Positions 39,443-53,047 of a stretch of 64,000 nt of DNA are shown here, piece by piece. The notes below the pieces were generated by a model that ran no database searches, was not told the DNA's origin, and worked only from the letters and a program-made list of their open reading frames with translations. This DNA is from Octopus sinensis (Eukaryota). The position numbers and the translations under genes are program-made. Where the stretch lies: the NCBI RefSeq assembly GCF_006345805.1, contig NC_043022.1, positions 20,708,001 through 20,772,000 of the forward strand, in the 5' to 3' direction. The first letter of the stretch is position 1, and every line of letters begins with the position of its first letter.

Positions 39443-42400
39443 TTTTCTACTTTTTGGGAAGGGGGCCAGACAATTAGATTGACCCCAGTACACAACTGCT
39501 ACTTTAATTTATTGATCCCGAAAGGATGAAAAGCAAAGTCAACCTCAGCGGAATTTGAACTCAGAACATAAAGAGAGATGAAATACTGCTAAGCATTTCG
39601 CCTGGCATGCTAATGTTTTTGCCAGGTCGCCGCTTTTAATATATATACGTGATATTTATCATGTCAACTACGATGAAAAATATATGAGAAAGATATAGTA
39701 TATAATTTTTTTGTGCAGGGGTTCCTTGAGACATGTAATTAATTTTAAGGGTTATGCAAGGGTAAAAAGGTTGAAAAACATTGACCTAGACAGTAACAGA
39801 AACACTAGTAGAAGAGGTGAGCTGGCAGAAACGTTAGCACACCGGGCGAAGTGCTTAGCGGTATTTCGTCTGTCTTTGCATTCTGAGTTCAAATTCTGCC
39901 GAGGTCAACTTTGCCTTTCATCCTTTCGGGGTCGATAAATTAAGTACCAGTTACGCACTGGGGTCGATGTAATCGACTTAATACCTATGTCTGTCCTTGT
40001 TTGTCCCCTCTGTGTTTGGCCCCTTGTGGGTAATAAAGAAATAGGTATTTCGTCTGTCTTTGCGTTCTGAGTTCAAATTCTGCCGAGGTCAACTTTGCCT
40101 TTCATCCTTTCGGGGTCGATAAATTAAGTATCAGTTACGCACTGGGGTTGATGTAATCAACTTAATCCTTTTGTCTGTCCTTGTTTGTCCTCTCTATGTT
40201 TAGTCCCTTGTGGGTAATATAGAAATAAGAAACACTAGTAGGAGAGATAAACACTAAATATTGTTAAAATCCTTACCGTTTGGCTTCTTTCATCATCACT
40301 GTTCCTTTCCTGCGCCAATGCTGTCCAAAATAAAGTGAAGACAGAATTAGAAAATGGAAATAAGAACAAGCTCAAGTTTCAGTTTCCAAAAAAACCCTGC
40401 ATTATAGCCACTACAGCTACAGCCAAATGGTTTGGAATTAGTAAAAGACTATTTGATAAAGATTAATAAAAGGGGGAAAAAAAATTGTAAGCACTTAATC
40501 ATCATCATCATCAGCAGCAGCAGCAGCAAGTGGAGGCGCAATGGCCCAGTGGTTAGGGCAGCAGACTCGCGGTCAGAGGATCGCGGTTTCGATTCCCAGA
40601 CTAGGCATTGTGTGTGTTTATTGAGCGAAAACATCTAAAGCTCCATGAGGCTCTGGCAGGGGGTGGTGGCGACCTCTGTTGTACTCTATCGCTCCAACTT
40701 TCTCTCACTCTTTCTTCCTGTTTCTTGTCCCCCACTTCCAACGCAACCGCTTAGTGTGGATGCGCATTCATCCATCCGCCAATGCTCTCAGTGTCGGGGG
40801 GTCGAAAGAGTACAACAGGGGTCGCCACCCCCCCCTGCCGAAGCCTCGTGGAGCCTTTTAGGTGTTTTCGCTCAATAAACACACACAACGCCCGGTCTGG
40901 GAATCGAAATTGCGATCCTCCGATTGGCTCAGTGGTTAGAGTGTTGGGCTCATAATCATGAGGTAGTGAGTTCGAATCTCAGACCAGGTTTTGTGTTGTG
41001 TTCTTGAGCAAGACACTTTATTTCATGTTGCTCCAGTTCACTCAGCTGTAGAAATGAGTTGCGACATGACTGGTGCCAAGCTGTATCAGTCTTTGCCTTT
41101 CTCTTGGATAACATCGGTGGCATGGAGAGGAGAGACTGGTATGCATGGGTGACTGCTGGTCTTCCAGAAACAACCTAGCTTGGACTTGTGCCTGAGAGGG
41201 GAACTTTCTAGGTGTAGTCCCATCATAATTCATGACTGAAGGGGGTCTTAACTTTACTAGATCCTCCCAAGACACAAGACTTATCTTGTAAGTCACACCA
41301 AATCTCACCTATGGTCAAGATTGTTGGGTAATAAATGAAAAAGTAAGATCGTGAATACAAGCAGTCAAAATGGGGTCCCTCCAAAGGATCTCTGGAGTAA
41401 CATTACAGTAACATTGCAGGGTACGATATCACTTCTCAGCATTAGGGGTCAGAGTTCTGGTGCTACAGACATGTGCTTTAGAATGCCAGAAGAAAGGATT
41501 GCAAAGCTGATTCTTCAAGCCAAGCCAATTGGCAGGAGGCCTATGGGCAGAAACAAGAATGAGATGGTTGGTTAATATCCATGGTTTCAGTTGGTCAAGC
41601 TTGTGAATCCAGCAAGAAAGGGTAATGATGGCTGATTCTGACAAGACCCTTTGAAAGAGTTATCTGAGCACCCTACTCCCTATGAACCTCTCAAGAATAG
41701 CGGGTGGAGAAGAGGGACATGTGATCAGAATGTCAGAGAAATCACAGGACAGCTTCTTTAAACCAAGCCAATTGGCAGGAGATCTAAGAGTGGACCAAGA
41801 ATGAGATGGCCATAGCCTCAGTTGGTCATGCTTGTGAGTCCAGCCAAAAAGTGTAACAATGGTTACTTCCAATAGGACCCTATTCATTTATTTATTTATT
41901 TATTCCGTCCAACCCGTGCTAGCGCAGAAAACGGACGTTAAACGATGATGATGATTATTTATTTATTTTTTATTTTATCTAGTTTCAGTTCACGAGCTGT
42001 GGCCATGCTGGGGCACCGCCATTAAAAGAATCCTTCATGAAGCCCCCAGTGAGAATTGAACTCATGATCCCTGGTTTACAAGACCAGTGCTCTAACCTCT
42101 GAGCTATGGAGGAGTAATCTTAGGCAATTGAAAGTCACAAGCATATTGACTATTACACATGCAAGCATGAATCCACCAGCCAGAGTACAGTATATTGAAC
42201 TGACCCAAGTATATGACTGGTATATATATTCTTGAACCCTCCCTTACTAGTGACATGAAAAGTTGAGCTGAATCCCAGGAGTACAAACAAAACATATAGA
42301 GAGTGGAGAGCAAAAGTTCAAAAACCGATTTATGTATTTTCTCATTACCTGATGCATAAATTACTTACCTGAGACATGTGACTGAGTCACAGCTGGTTCA

Positions 42401-42896
42401 ATCCCATGCTTCCGTTCTTTTGCATAATGCATCAGTTTGTTTATCTAATCAAAATAAATGTTGTTCCTGAGGTTATATCAATTTCCTGAGACTACACATA
42501 CATGCATAAATAGAGCGAGCATACAGATGTAAGCATTGGCAAAAACATACATTTAGTGCATATAAGTGGTCTCTATCATTATATATAATTTAAACTTTAA
42601 TTTCCTTTATATTTAACATTCACTATTAATATCCCTACTCTTTCTGTTAGCTACTTATGACGTTATATCATATAATGTTTTTTTAAACAATATTAATAGT
42701 GTTCTGTCTATCGCTATACAAATCCATCATTTTTTGCTAAAATGTCTTATTGACGAGTTTCGTTTTTTCCCCTTTCCTGAGGAGAAGATTGCATTGTTTA
42801 TACCATTTATTCTTTTGAATAGTATCAGTGGAATTTTCAAAACATGTGTCGAAAGTAAAAATATTTGATTACACCTGCGTTAACTCCATTTTTTTA

Positions 42897-42964
<68 letters not shown>

Positions 42965-44591
42965 TAGATCAACTTTTATGTCAACTGTTCAAATCTTTCT
43001 ATTATTCCTTTTCCTTATTGTTGGGCTGGTGATAGGTGTATATTTTATTTTTTCGCTAAAACCACTATCTTTTAAAGCTTTATTATAAACTGGGGCAACG
43101 CTATTGAAGATGTCCTCATTAGATGAGAGGCTAGAAATCCTCTTACTAATATTTTTAACTAAATTTTTGAATACTATAGGGGGATGGCATGAACCTACAT
43201 TAATATAACTTAGTCTATCATTGGGCTTCCTATAAGGCTTATAAATATTATTATAAGATCTAAGGAAACGTCTAAGAAATTGACAACCGTCAGGTTAGTG
43301 TCTTCGGACTTAGTATAACTATAGACACTAACCTGACGGTTGTCAATTTCTTAGACATTTCCTTAGATCTTAATAATAATATTTATAAGCCTTATAGGAA
43401 GCCCAATGATAGACTAAGTTATATTAATGTAGGTTCATGCCATCCCCCTATAGTATTCAAAAATTTAGTTAAAAATATTAGTAAGAGGATTTCTAGCCTC
43501 TCATCTAATGAGGACATCTTCAATAGCGTTGCCCCAGTTTATAATAAAGCTTTAAAAGATAGTGTTTTAGCGAAAAAATAAAATATACACCTATCACCAG
43601 CCCAACAATAAGGAAAAGGAATAATAGAAATAGGAAGGTCATCTGGTTTACGCCCCCTTACTCACCCGAGGTGGCCTTCAATATAGGTAAATATTTCCTA
43701 GCACTGATAGATAGACATTTTCCAGTTAACCATGCTTATAGGAAACTCTTCAATAGACACAATTTAAAAATTAGTTTTAGTTCAACTACCAATTTTAAAA
43801 ACATAATCAATCATAACATACAAAAAACACAAGAAGAAAACAGCTGTTCATGCAGGAATAAAGAATTGTGCCCGCTAAATGGAGCTTGCATGTCCAAGAC
43901 CATCATATATGAAGCTACCGTAAACTCTATAACCACTAAAGACACCGTTTCGACGAAGAAATACGTGGGCCTGACAGAGGGTAATTTCAAGGCCAGGTTC
44001 AATAACCACACTTTCAGCTTTAGGCACTGGAACAAAAGAAAAGCGACACAATTATCCAATCATATTTGGTCTTTAAGAGATAAAGGTGTCGATTATAACA
44101 TACAATGGAAGATTTTGGCCAGATGTAAGCCCTATACCAACGGCAGCGGAAGGTGCGGTTTATGCGACATGGAGAGATGGCTTATCTGGAAAAGCAGCTT
44201 AGACCCTACCACATGTCTAAATACAAGGACAGAGCTTTTCGGATCATGCCCACATGTGACTAAATTTCTGTTACGTTTTTGGTCCCCTAAAGAAAACGGA
44301 TAGAACATGCTTTCTGTGTAATGTCCCAAGAAGATTTTATATATTTTTATATATTTTTATATATTTTTATGTATTTTTATATAATTTTTATGACGAAAAA
44401 TGCGAGCGATGTATAAGTACACAGGCAAAGCAGAGTTATAACAGAGTAATTTCCCTTCATTTTTAACGGTATTTTTTCATAACGTTTTCAAATAGCCAGA
44501 TAACCGAAGAGATGGTGTTGTGGATTTCCACTTCGGCATCTGAAACTCAGAGTTTTATCTTGACTACCGAGTAATGTAACATATTGTATAG

Positions 44592-44622
<31 letters not shown>

Positions 44623-47600
44623 GATATCTGGATCGTTGGAACCAAGGAAAGCAGTAGAAGAAAGTATATATATAGTCACAGGAGGGGCTGTGTGGTAAGA
44701 AGATTGCTTCCAAACCATACGGTTCTGGGTTCAGTCCCATTATGTAGCACCTTGAGCAAGTGTCTTCTACCATAGCTTTGGGCTAACTGAAGCCTTGTGA
44801 ATGGATCTTATTTCTTATTTCTTTATTGCCCACAAGGGGTTAAACATAGAGGGGACAAACAAGGACAGACAAAGGGATAAGTCGATTATATCGACCCCAG
44901 TGCGTAACTGATACTTAATTTATCGACCCCGAAAGGATGAAAAGCGAAGTCAATCTTGGCGGAATTTGAAATCAGAATGTAACGGCAGACGAAAAATACC
45001 GCTAAGCATTTCACCTGGCGTGCTAACATTTCTGCCAACTCGCTGCCTTGTGAATGGATCTGGTAGAAAGAAACTTAAAGAAGCCTGTCATATGTGTATG
45101 TGTGCGCATGTGAGTGTATGTGCGTGTTTGTGTCTGTATTGTGTGAGCTTTTGTGTCTATGTTTGTCCAGAACTATTACTTGACAAGTGGTGTTGATGCA
45201 TTTAAGTCCCCATAACTTAGCAGTTCAGCAAAAGGGACCAATAGAATAAGTAGTAGGCTTAGCAAAAGTAGGTATTGGGGTCGATTCAGATTACTAAAAA
45301 TTCATCAAGGCAGTGCCAGCATGGCCAAAGTCTAATGATTGAAACAAGCAAAAGATAACAGATATCTGTGTGTGCGTACATGCATGTGTGTAAAATAGAG
45401 TTTGCTGTCTTGTTTGGTTGAGAAACAACATTTAGCATCATCCTAAACGATTACTAACTCCATGTAGTGTATTTTTACCAAAGTTTGGATCAATATATTG
45501 ATAATATATGATAATATATGATAATATATATGAAAATATATGATAATACCTGCTGGTATAGTTGGCTGTGGTTGTCTTGTAAGTCAACAAAAAGATCCAT
45601 AACATTGTAAAACCTCTCCAAGATGCCAGAACCCTTTCCTTTGGCATCAAGCCCATTTATAGAATTCTTCAGTTGTTCCATTCTTCTTTGGAAGCTCTTA
45701 GAAATCTGAACTCCTTTGGTGCTGCCTCTCACCATGGCATCCAGACATATCACAAATTCATCTGATGTGTTTTCCTGTTCAATAAGAGGAGATAAATGGT
45801 ATTTTGGATCTTTTTGGGTTGAACAGCAGTTTTTAACATAATTTCTAGGTAACTAAAAAATTTTAAACTTTGTATACTGGTAGAACGTGTTTATAAAACA
45901 TCTTTTTCTCTTGGCTTTATTGAGAAAATTCTATAGTTTCTAAGATATTTGTTGTTTTTTTTCTTCAATTTCTGCAATTTCAACCAATCGATGACATCTA
46001 TTGAGTTAAAAAGCATTCTGTGCCGTATGAATATGTCCCTCGTTTAAGAAACAGATTGGGTTTATTTACATTTGTGAAGAGAAAAAAATACCCTTCCCCC
46101 ACCCCTAACCCTAACCCTAAAAGAGATTGGAATGCAATAGATCGATTCTAGGGTCATAATTATGGGTGAAAATTTCATATGACACCACTAGAAAAAACTG
46201 CCGTTCAAACCAAAAAGATCCGGTATATTTGTGACATTTATTTCCTTTCTCTGTCAGCGATGATTTCCGAGACTGTGTCTTTGGATTGTGTTTGTAGCAA
46301 CTGTTTGACAAGATTAGAGATTAGTACACTGCCATTGATTCATCGCAAGAGAATTCACCATGAAGAAAGTTCACTGTGAGGAAAGTTTACCAACAAAATA
46401 CATCCATAGAATCTCACCATTATTAGTAAAAAACTATTTTAGTTTAAAAAAAAACAGTGAGTTGATGACAGTGAACTTTCGCTGTAGTAAATTGATGACG
46501 GTGAACATTCCCTATGGAGAAATGATGACAGTGGACTTATCCCATGGGGAAATTTCCTTGCGATGAATTGATGATGGTTAACTTCCCCTGCACTGAATTG
46601 ATGACAGTGAACTTTCGCTGCAATGAACTTTCCTTGTGATGGAGGAGGAGGAGGGATGAGGAGTAGGAAATGGGACAGGGGGGAAGGCAGGATGAGGAGG
46701 AGGTGAGACTGGGAGGAGGCGGGATGAGGAGGGGGGGGGGGGCAAGATGATGAGGAGGATGCAGGATGAGGAGGCAAGATAGGAAAGGGGCAAGATGGGA
46801 AGGAGGCAAGATAAGGAGGAGGAGGAGGAAGGAAGGAGGAGGAAAAGAGTAGGAAGGAAGGGGGAGAGGAAGAGGGATAGAGAAGAGAGGAGGAGACCAT
46901 ACACACACACAGACATGAATTCACATGTAGACATATGACATACTGGAGTAGGTTATAATGATATTAGGGAAACGTTAGTAAATGATTTAGAGTTAGTGAT
47001 GATAGAAACGATAGTTTATTCACTTACAATTAGCAATGGCCTTTGGTTTCTTTCCGATAAACATGTTGACTGCTCCATCTCACATTCACCACTATCTTTG
47101 GCATCTCTTTTATTTCCTTCTTCATCTTCTTTTTCTCCTTCTTCATCTTCACTACCTTCATCTTCACCGCTTTTGTGTGCAGTTTTAATTGAATGGCTAG
47201 GCGAAAGTGTTCCGAAATTATCGCTCTGATAGTTATCCGGTTCTACTACAGCCAGAGGAATATCCTGAGGCTTGCCACCGTCCACCTCAGAGCTGGCCTC
47301 CAGTTGTACAGACTGTTTCGACTGGTTCCAGTACCTGGACTGTGATACTTCTTCGAGTTTCTGCAATGCAAATGCCAACTTCTCGGAAATGTCCTCTTTC
47401 GATGCTGAGACTATCTCAAGACGTTTGGAAAGATCTTCCTTAACAGAATTAGCCTCCAGCAGTTGGTTTTCTGTGTTCTTCAAATCAATCTGCACTTTGT
47501 CTAACTTCTCTTCCAAATCGTTTTTCTCTGTAAGTCTTGACTGGAGTTTGTTGTTGAAATCAACTACTTCCATCTGTAACTTCGTTAATTTGGCATTATA

Positions 47601-50600
47601 ATCTCTTTCAAGGTTACTTTTCTCTTCCAGCATGTCTTTGATTTCATTCTGTAGATTGTGTTCCACAGTGTTTAGTTTTTCCTGCGATTCTTCCTGTTTC
47701 TGAAGTACCAAAAATTAAAAGTAAAGAAAAAAAATATATTAATTCTCTTTAATAATTTTATTTATATCGAAGAATGCAAAAGAAACAACACTATTGAGAG
47801 AGAGAGAGAGAAAGGGAGAAAGAAAGGGATGAAGACAGGAAAAAGATTGAGAGAAGAAACTATAAAGACAGAAAAGGACAGAGTAAAAGTTGAAGAGAGA
47901 GAGAGATAGAGTGAGAGGTGGAGTGGTCAGAAGACAGTATGGAAGTAAGAGAGATAAGAAAGTTGGTAAGGTGACACATTAGAATGCAAAACTTGGCATC
48001 CGTGCTAGCGGGGTGCAAAGAGCACCATATGAGGGCGATCGTTGACAGAGCGGCTAACCGGTTTCCATGCCAGTGGCACATAAAAGGGCACCGTTCAAGT
48101 GTGATCGTTACCAGCGTCGCCTTACTAGCACTTGTGCCTGGGCTAGTAGGGTGCCAAGAGCACCATCCGAGCGTGATCGTTGCCAGAGCAGCCAACTGGC
48201 TCCAAGCCGGTGGCACGTAAAAGGGCACCATTCAAGCGTGATCGTTACCAACGTCGCCTCACTGGCACCTATGCCGGTGGCATGTGTAAAAAGATTCAAG
48301 TGAGGTCATTGCCAATATCGCCTGACTGGCCCCGTGCCAGTGGCACGTAAAAAGCATCCACTACACTCTCGGAGTGGTTGGCATAAGGAGGGGCATCCAG
48401 TTGTAGAAACTCAGCCAGATCAAGACTGGAGCCTGGTGCGGCCATCTGGCTCACCAGCCCTCAGTCAAAATCGTCCAACCCATGCTAGCATGGAAAGTGG
48501 ACATTAAACGATGATAATGATGATGATGTTAAAACAAATTGCTTAAAATATTGGCATGACAGATTCTGACTGAGGACACTTCATCAGGATTGGAAGAGGA
48601 TGAAAATTTGAATGTCCTTACCACTTCATATTCTTGGCTGATATCTTGAATTTCTGTGTGAGCATTTGCTAATTTCGTCTTCAGATTAGCCGTTTCTTTC
48701 TTCAACTCTTCTATCTACAAAACAGTACATAAAAAATAAACATGTTATTTACCATATATCAGTGGTTCCCAAATATTTTGGGGGTGCTGTGGCCCCCTTG
48801 GCACTCAGGCCACATTCCTAGCAACCCCACCATTCATACCCACAAACATAGACCATTTTCTGCAACAAATTCAAACTAACTGTATTTCACAAATAAAATT
48901 TAATCTACTTCAACAATCCCCTAGATCTTTCCACCACTGCCAGGAATGGTGTAGTACCACCCACTTTGGGAACCATTACCATATATGGTATGCAGGTGTA
49001 TAAGATGGGCTTTTTCTTATTCTTAAATGTAATAAAAAATTTGTTACACAAAGAGATGGTCAAGATTGTTTGCCAACATAACATGGCAGTCCTGATTTAG
49101 GACTAATGTTGCTGTAATTTAGCCCCCGGAGACATCATCTCCAGTTGGCTAAACGACACGATCTGTGTCCTTATATTTTCGAACAAGGGATCATGGGTGC
49201 TTCTATGTGTCACCAGCTCTGGCCACGGCTACTGTTTCACTTGGCTTGATGAGTCTTCTCAAGCACAGCAAATTGCCAAAGGCCATGATCACTTGTCATC
49301 ACCTGTGTGAGACCCGACATTCAAAGATCATGCTTCACGATCTCATCTCATATCTTCCTGGGTCTACATCTTCCAAAAAACGTAATACAAATTGCCATGC
49401 ATAAAATGAGACTGTATTACAGACAGGAGGCGTAACTTCGGTATAAGTACCAGAAGTACTGGATACATTTCAAGAAAGTGTTTTTTTTTATATATATGGG
49501 GGGTTAGGGTTAGGGTTGGAAGAAAAGGGTTTCTGTTATCTTCAGAAATGTAAACAAAGCCACATGTGTACTTATACTGAAGGATTACCCAGACAGGATA
49601 CTGAGTGCATGAAGAAACATATTAAATTTGTTTCCTTACCACAAAAGTGTAGGGAGCTTGTCTTATGCAAGAGTGTGTCTTATACACTGTCAAATACTAC
49701 TACTTGCTGAGCAAATGAACAGACAACAAACTGTCAATGGCCAGGATCAAGCAGTTCAGTTAGTGTACTACAGCTATGATCTGTAGTTGTGGTATGCACA
49801 GATGAGATATTTCAGCTAGTAAAAGACCAATGTGACTAAAACCACAAGCTAGATGTTTGTGTTGATTTGCTCAATCAGGACATCTGGTACAGAAATCAGG
49901 ACATCTGGTACGGAAATCAGGACATCTGGTACAGAAATCAGGACATCTGGTACAGAAATCAGGACATCTGGTACGGAAATCAGGACATCTGGTACAGAAA
50001 TCAGGACACCTGGTACGGAAATCAGGACATCTGGTACGGAAAACTTGCATTGATCCAAGCAAGTCAACTGACCAGAATGATGATGGGTAGATTTTTTAAG
50101 ATTCACTTAAATTCATTCAAAATGACTGCCAAAACAAACCTTACCTCTACCTGACTCATTTCATACTGATGGGTCACTGTCACCAGTTGTGACTCGGTCT
50201 CTTCTAGTTGAGTTTCTAAGTCTAAAACAGCAGCACACTTTTCAGTTTTCTCGTCTAACAAGCTACGGGCTCGACCTAGCTCTTCCAAAGTCAACTTCAG
50301 CTTGGATTTCAAGTCATCAATCTCAGCTGCTAGACTGCATGTAAACAGAACAGTTACAGGAACAATGTATTTCTGATTGCATGTTTATGTTTTACATATT
50401 ATGTTGTGTATATACATATTATGTGGCGTATATATTTCTTTTCTACCTACAAGGGGCTGAACACAGAGGGGACAGACAAGGACAGACAAACGTATTAAGT
50501 CGATTACATCGACCCCCAGGGTGTAACTGGTACTTAATTTATCGACACTGAAAGGATGAAAGGCAAAGTCGACCTCGGCAGAATTTGAACTCAGAACGTG

Positions 50601-52826
50601 ACAGCAGACAAAATACCGCTAAGCATTTCGCCAGGCGTGCTATATGTGGTGTATATATTATGTGGTATATATATTATTGTCTCTAATCCTGGCTTAACTC
50701 CTTAGCATTCACATTATTTTATCAAAAGTAATTCTTATTTATTCACATTGTTTTGAATTAATTATGCATTATTCTGTAGCTTTGAGATTTTGATGAGGTA
50801 TGAAGATGTGTGAAGATAAATACAGCATTGAACAAGCAAGCCACTGCGGTTCCTCCTCTCTTCACTGGGTGCCAAAAGTATGTTTTTGTCTTGTTTGAGG
50901 ATTAATCCTTGCCTGTGGCAGCTTATATACTAGAGCAGGGTTCTTTTATTCTTATATCAAGCTCTGTGTGAATGTGTGTATGTATGCAAATGTACATCAG
51001 AATATGGATTGTGTGTGTGTGTGTGTGCACATCTGTGTGTGTTCATGTATTAGACAGAATCAAAAGGACAGAAGAAAAATTTAGGGTTGAAAACAAACAA
51101 AAGAAAATCATAACCAACTTCTTATTATTTCTATTACCACCTTCATCACCTCCACTGTTATCCTTATTCCTATCATCATCATCACAATTATAACCATCAC
51201 TACCACCACCACCTCCATCTTCACCATAGTCACCCACATCATCAATGCCATCACCGTCGTCATTGTCGTCGTCAGCATCATTATCATTCTCATTATTATT
51301 ATCACCATCACCACCACCACCACCACTATCAAAACCACCACAATCATCTGACTCTACCTCGTCTTCATTGCAATCACCATCACCATCATAATTAACATCA
51401 GCCTTCTCATCAACCAAATGGTTTGCACTTCAAAGAGGGCAAGTGTGGTGGCAACAGCCAGCTGTGGTGGTGGTTGTGGCGTGGTTGTTGCTGATGTTAG
51501 TGGTTTTGCTGTTGGTGGTGGCAATGGTGGTGGTGGTGGTGTCGGTGGTGTTGTTGTTGATGGTGGCAGTGGTGATGTTATTGTTGTTGTCGCTGATGGT
51601 GGTGCTGGTGTCAAAGATTTTGCTGTTGTCATTGTGGTGGTGGTGGTGGTGGTGGTAGTGGTGGTAGAGGCATTGGTAGTGTTAGTAACAGCATTGACAG
51701 ATGAAGCTTAAAGGACATTTTCTCCTTAAGGAAGTCAAAACTATGACAAATAAACAAAAAACAAACTCACCTCATTAACCCCTAATAGCTCTTAATTCAT
51801 GTGATGACACAACTATGTACTTGTCCCTTTAATCCTAATCCAAATCTCCTTCGACAAACTGCTTTCTACTTTTATGTCTCTTGTATATCTCCTGTCTTTC
51901 ACCTCTTACTTGATTCGATCATTAGACTGAGACCATTCTGGGGCAACACTCTGAAGTGTTTAGTCAAATAATCTGATTCCAGCCTTTATTTTTTAAGCCT
52001 GATATTTATTCTATCAGTTTCTTGTACCAAACTACTAAGTGACAGGGATGTAAACAAACCAACACTATCTATAAAGCAGTGGAGGGACGGGCATAAAACA
52101 TGAAGACAAACGTGTACATGCATGCATGCATACATACATATATACGGTTCAGTGATTAGAATGCCAGGCTCACAATCATGAGACAGTGAATTCAATTCTG
52201 GGGCCGGGTTTTGTGTTGTGTTCTTGAGCAAGACACTTTATTTAATGTTGCTCTAAAAGGATGAACGGCAAAGTGGACCATAGCAGAATTTGAACTCAGA
52301 ATGTAAAAACGGCTGAAATGCTTTTATGCCATTTGCCTGGCATCCAAACAATTCTGCCAGCTTGCCGTTGTTGACCTCTCTCTAAATAACGGCATCAATT
52401 CCACTCAAAACTCAATGGATGGTCATCTGGAGGGCACACTCACACGTGACTCATTCCCCAGGACAAAACACTAGATTGTTACCTGAGATGCACACTCGCT
52501 TGTGAAATATTCCCTGAGACAAAACATACTGGAGAGGGTTACATGAAGGAATACATTCTCTCAGAAAACATCACCTGTGTCATCCCCCCCGCCCCGGTAA
52601 AATGAAAAAGAAGAATCACACTCACCTGTTGCACATTTCTTCATGTTTTGACAGCAGTTGATGCTGTTAAAAAGAAACAAAAATATAACACAAAGAATAA
52701 AAAAACAAACAAAACAGAATCAAGCAACCGACAAGATCAGAGGCGTTTAAGAATAAGACAATCATCATCATTCATCATCATTCACCATCATTCATCATCA
52801 TTTTTCCATTATTGCATGGGCCTCTT

Positions 52827-52865
<39 letters not shown>

Positions 52866-53007
52866 AACATTGCACTCTTCCCTCTCTTTCTCACACACAC
52901 ACACACACACACACACACATTGCACTCTTCCTTCTCTCACACACACACACACACAAACATTGCACTCTTCTCTCCATTACACACACACAGCACTCTTCTC
53001 TCCCTGT

Positions 53008-53047
<40 letters not shown>

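Larger units (their letters stand above)
42996..44585 (+). mobile_element. 5'-truncated Penelope-like retroelement (end of RT, CxC linker, GIY-YIG endonuclease, 3' pLTR) with an inverted 5' duplication, in (TA)n
   Basis: Frame from 43303 reads FGLSITIDTNLTVVNFLDISLDL..YRKPND..HPP..; after a 1-nt frameshift near 43564 it continues VIWFTPPYS..FNIGKYFLALIDRHFP..CSCRNKELCPLNGAC..IIYEA..KYVGLTEGNFKARFNNH..CGLC..LNTRTELFGSCPH to the stop at 44303. (TA)n at about 42899-42962 and 44587-44625. Confidence 0.9.

Noticed and set aside
40531-40605. tRNA gene candidates at SINE heads (also about 33180-33253, 21417-21480)
   Set aside because: A/B boxes are present but there is no complete cloverleaf; each continues into SINE body sequence
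51771-51800. Strong minus-strand donor (GAG/gtgagt), a possible extra exon of the coiled-coil gene
   Set aside because: Nearby acceptors give stop codons in the required phase, and the flanking exons already join in frame
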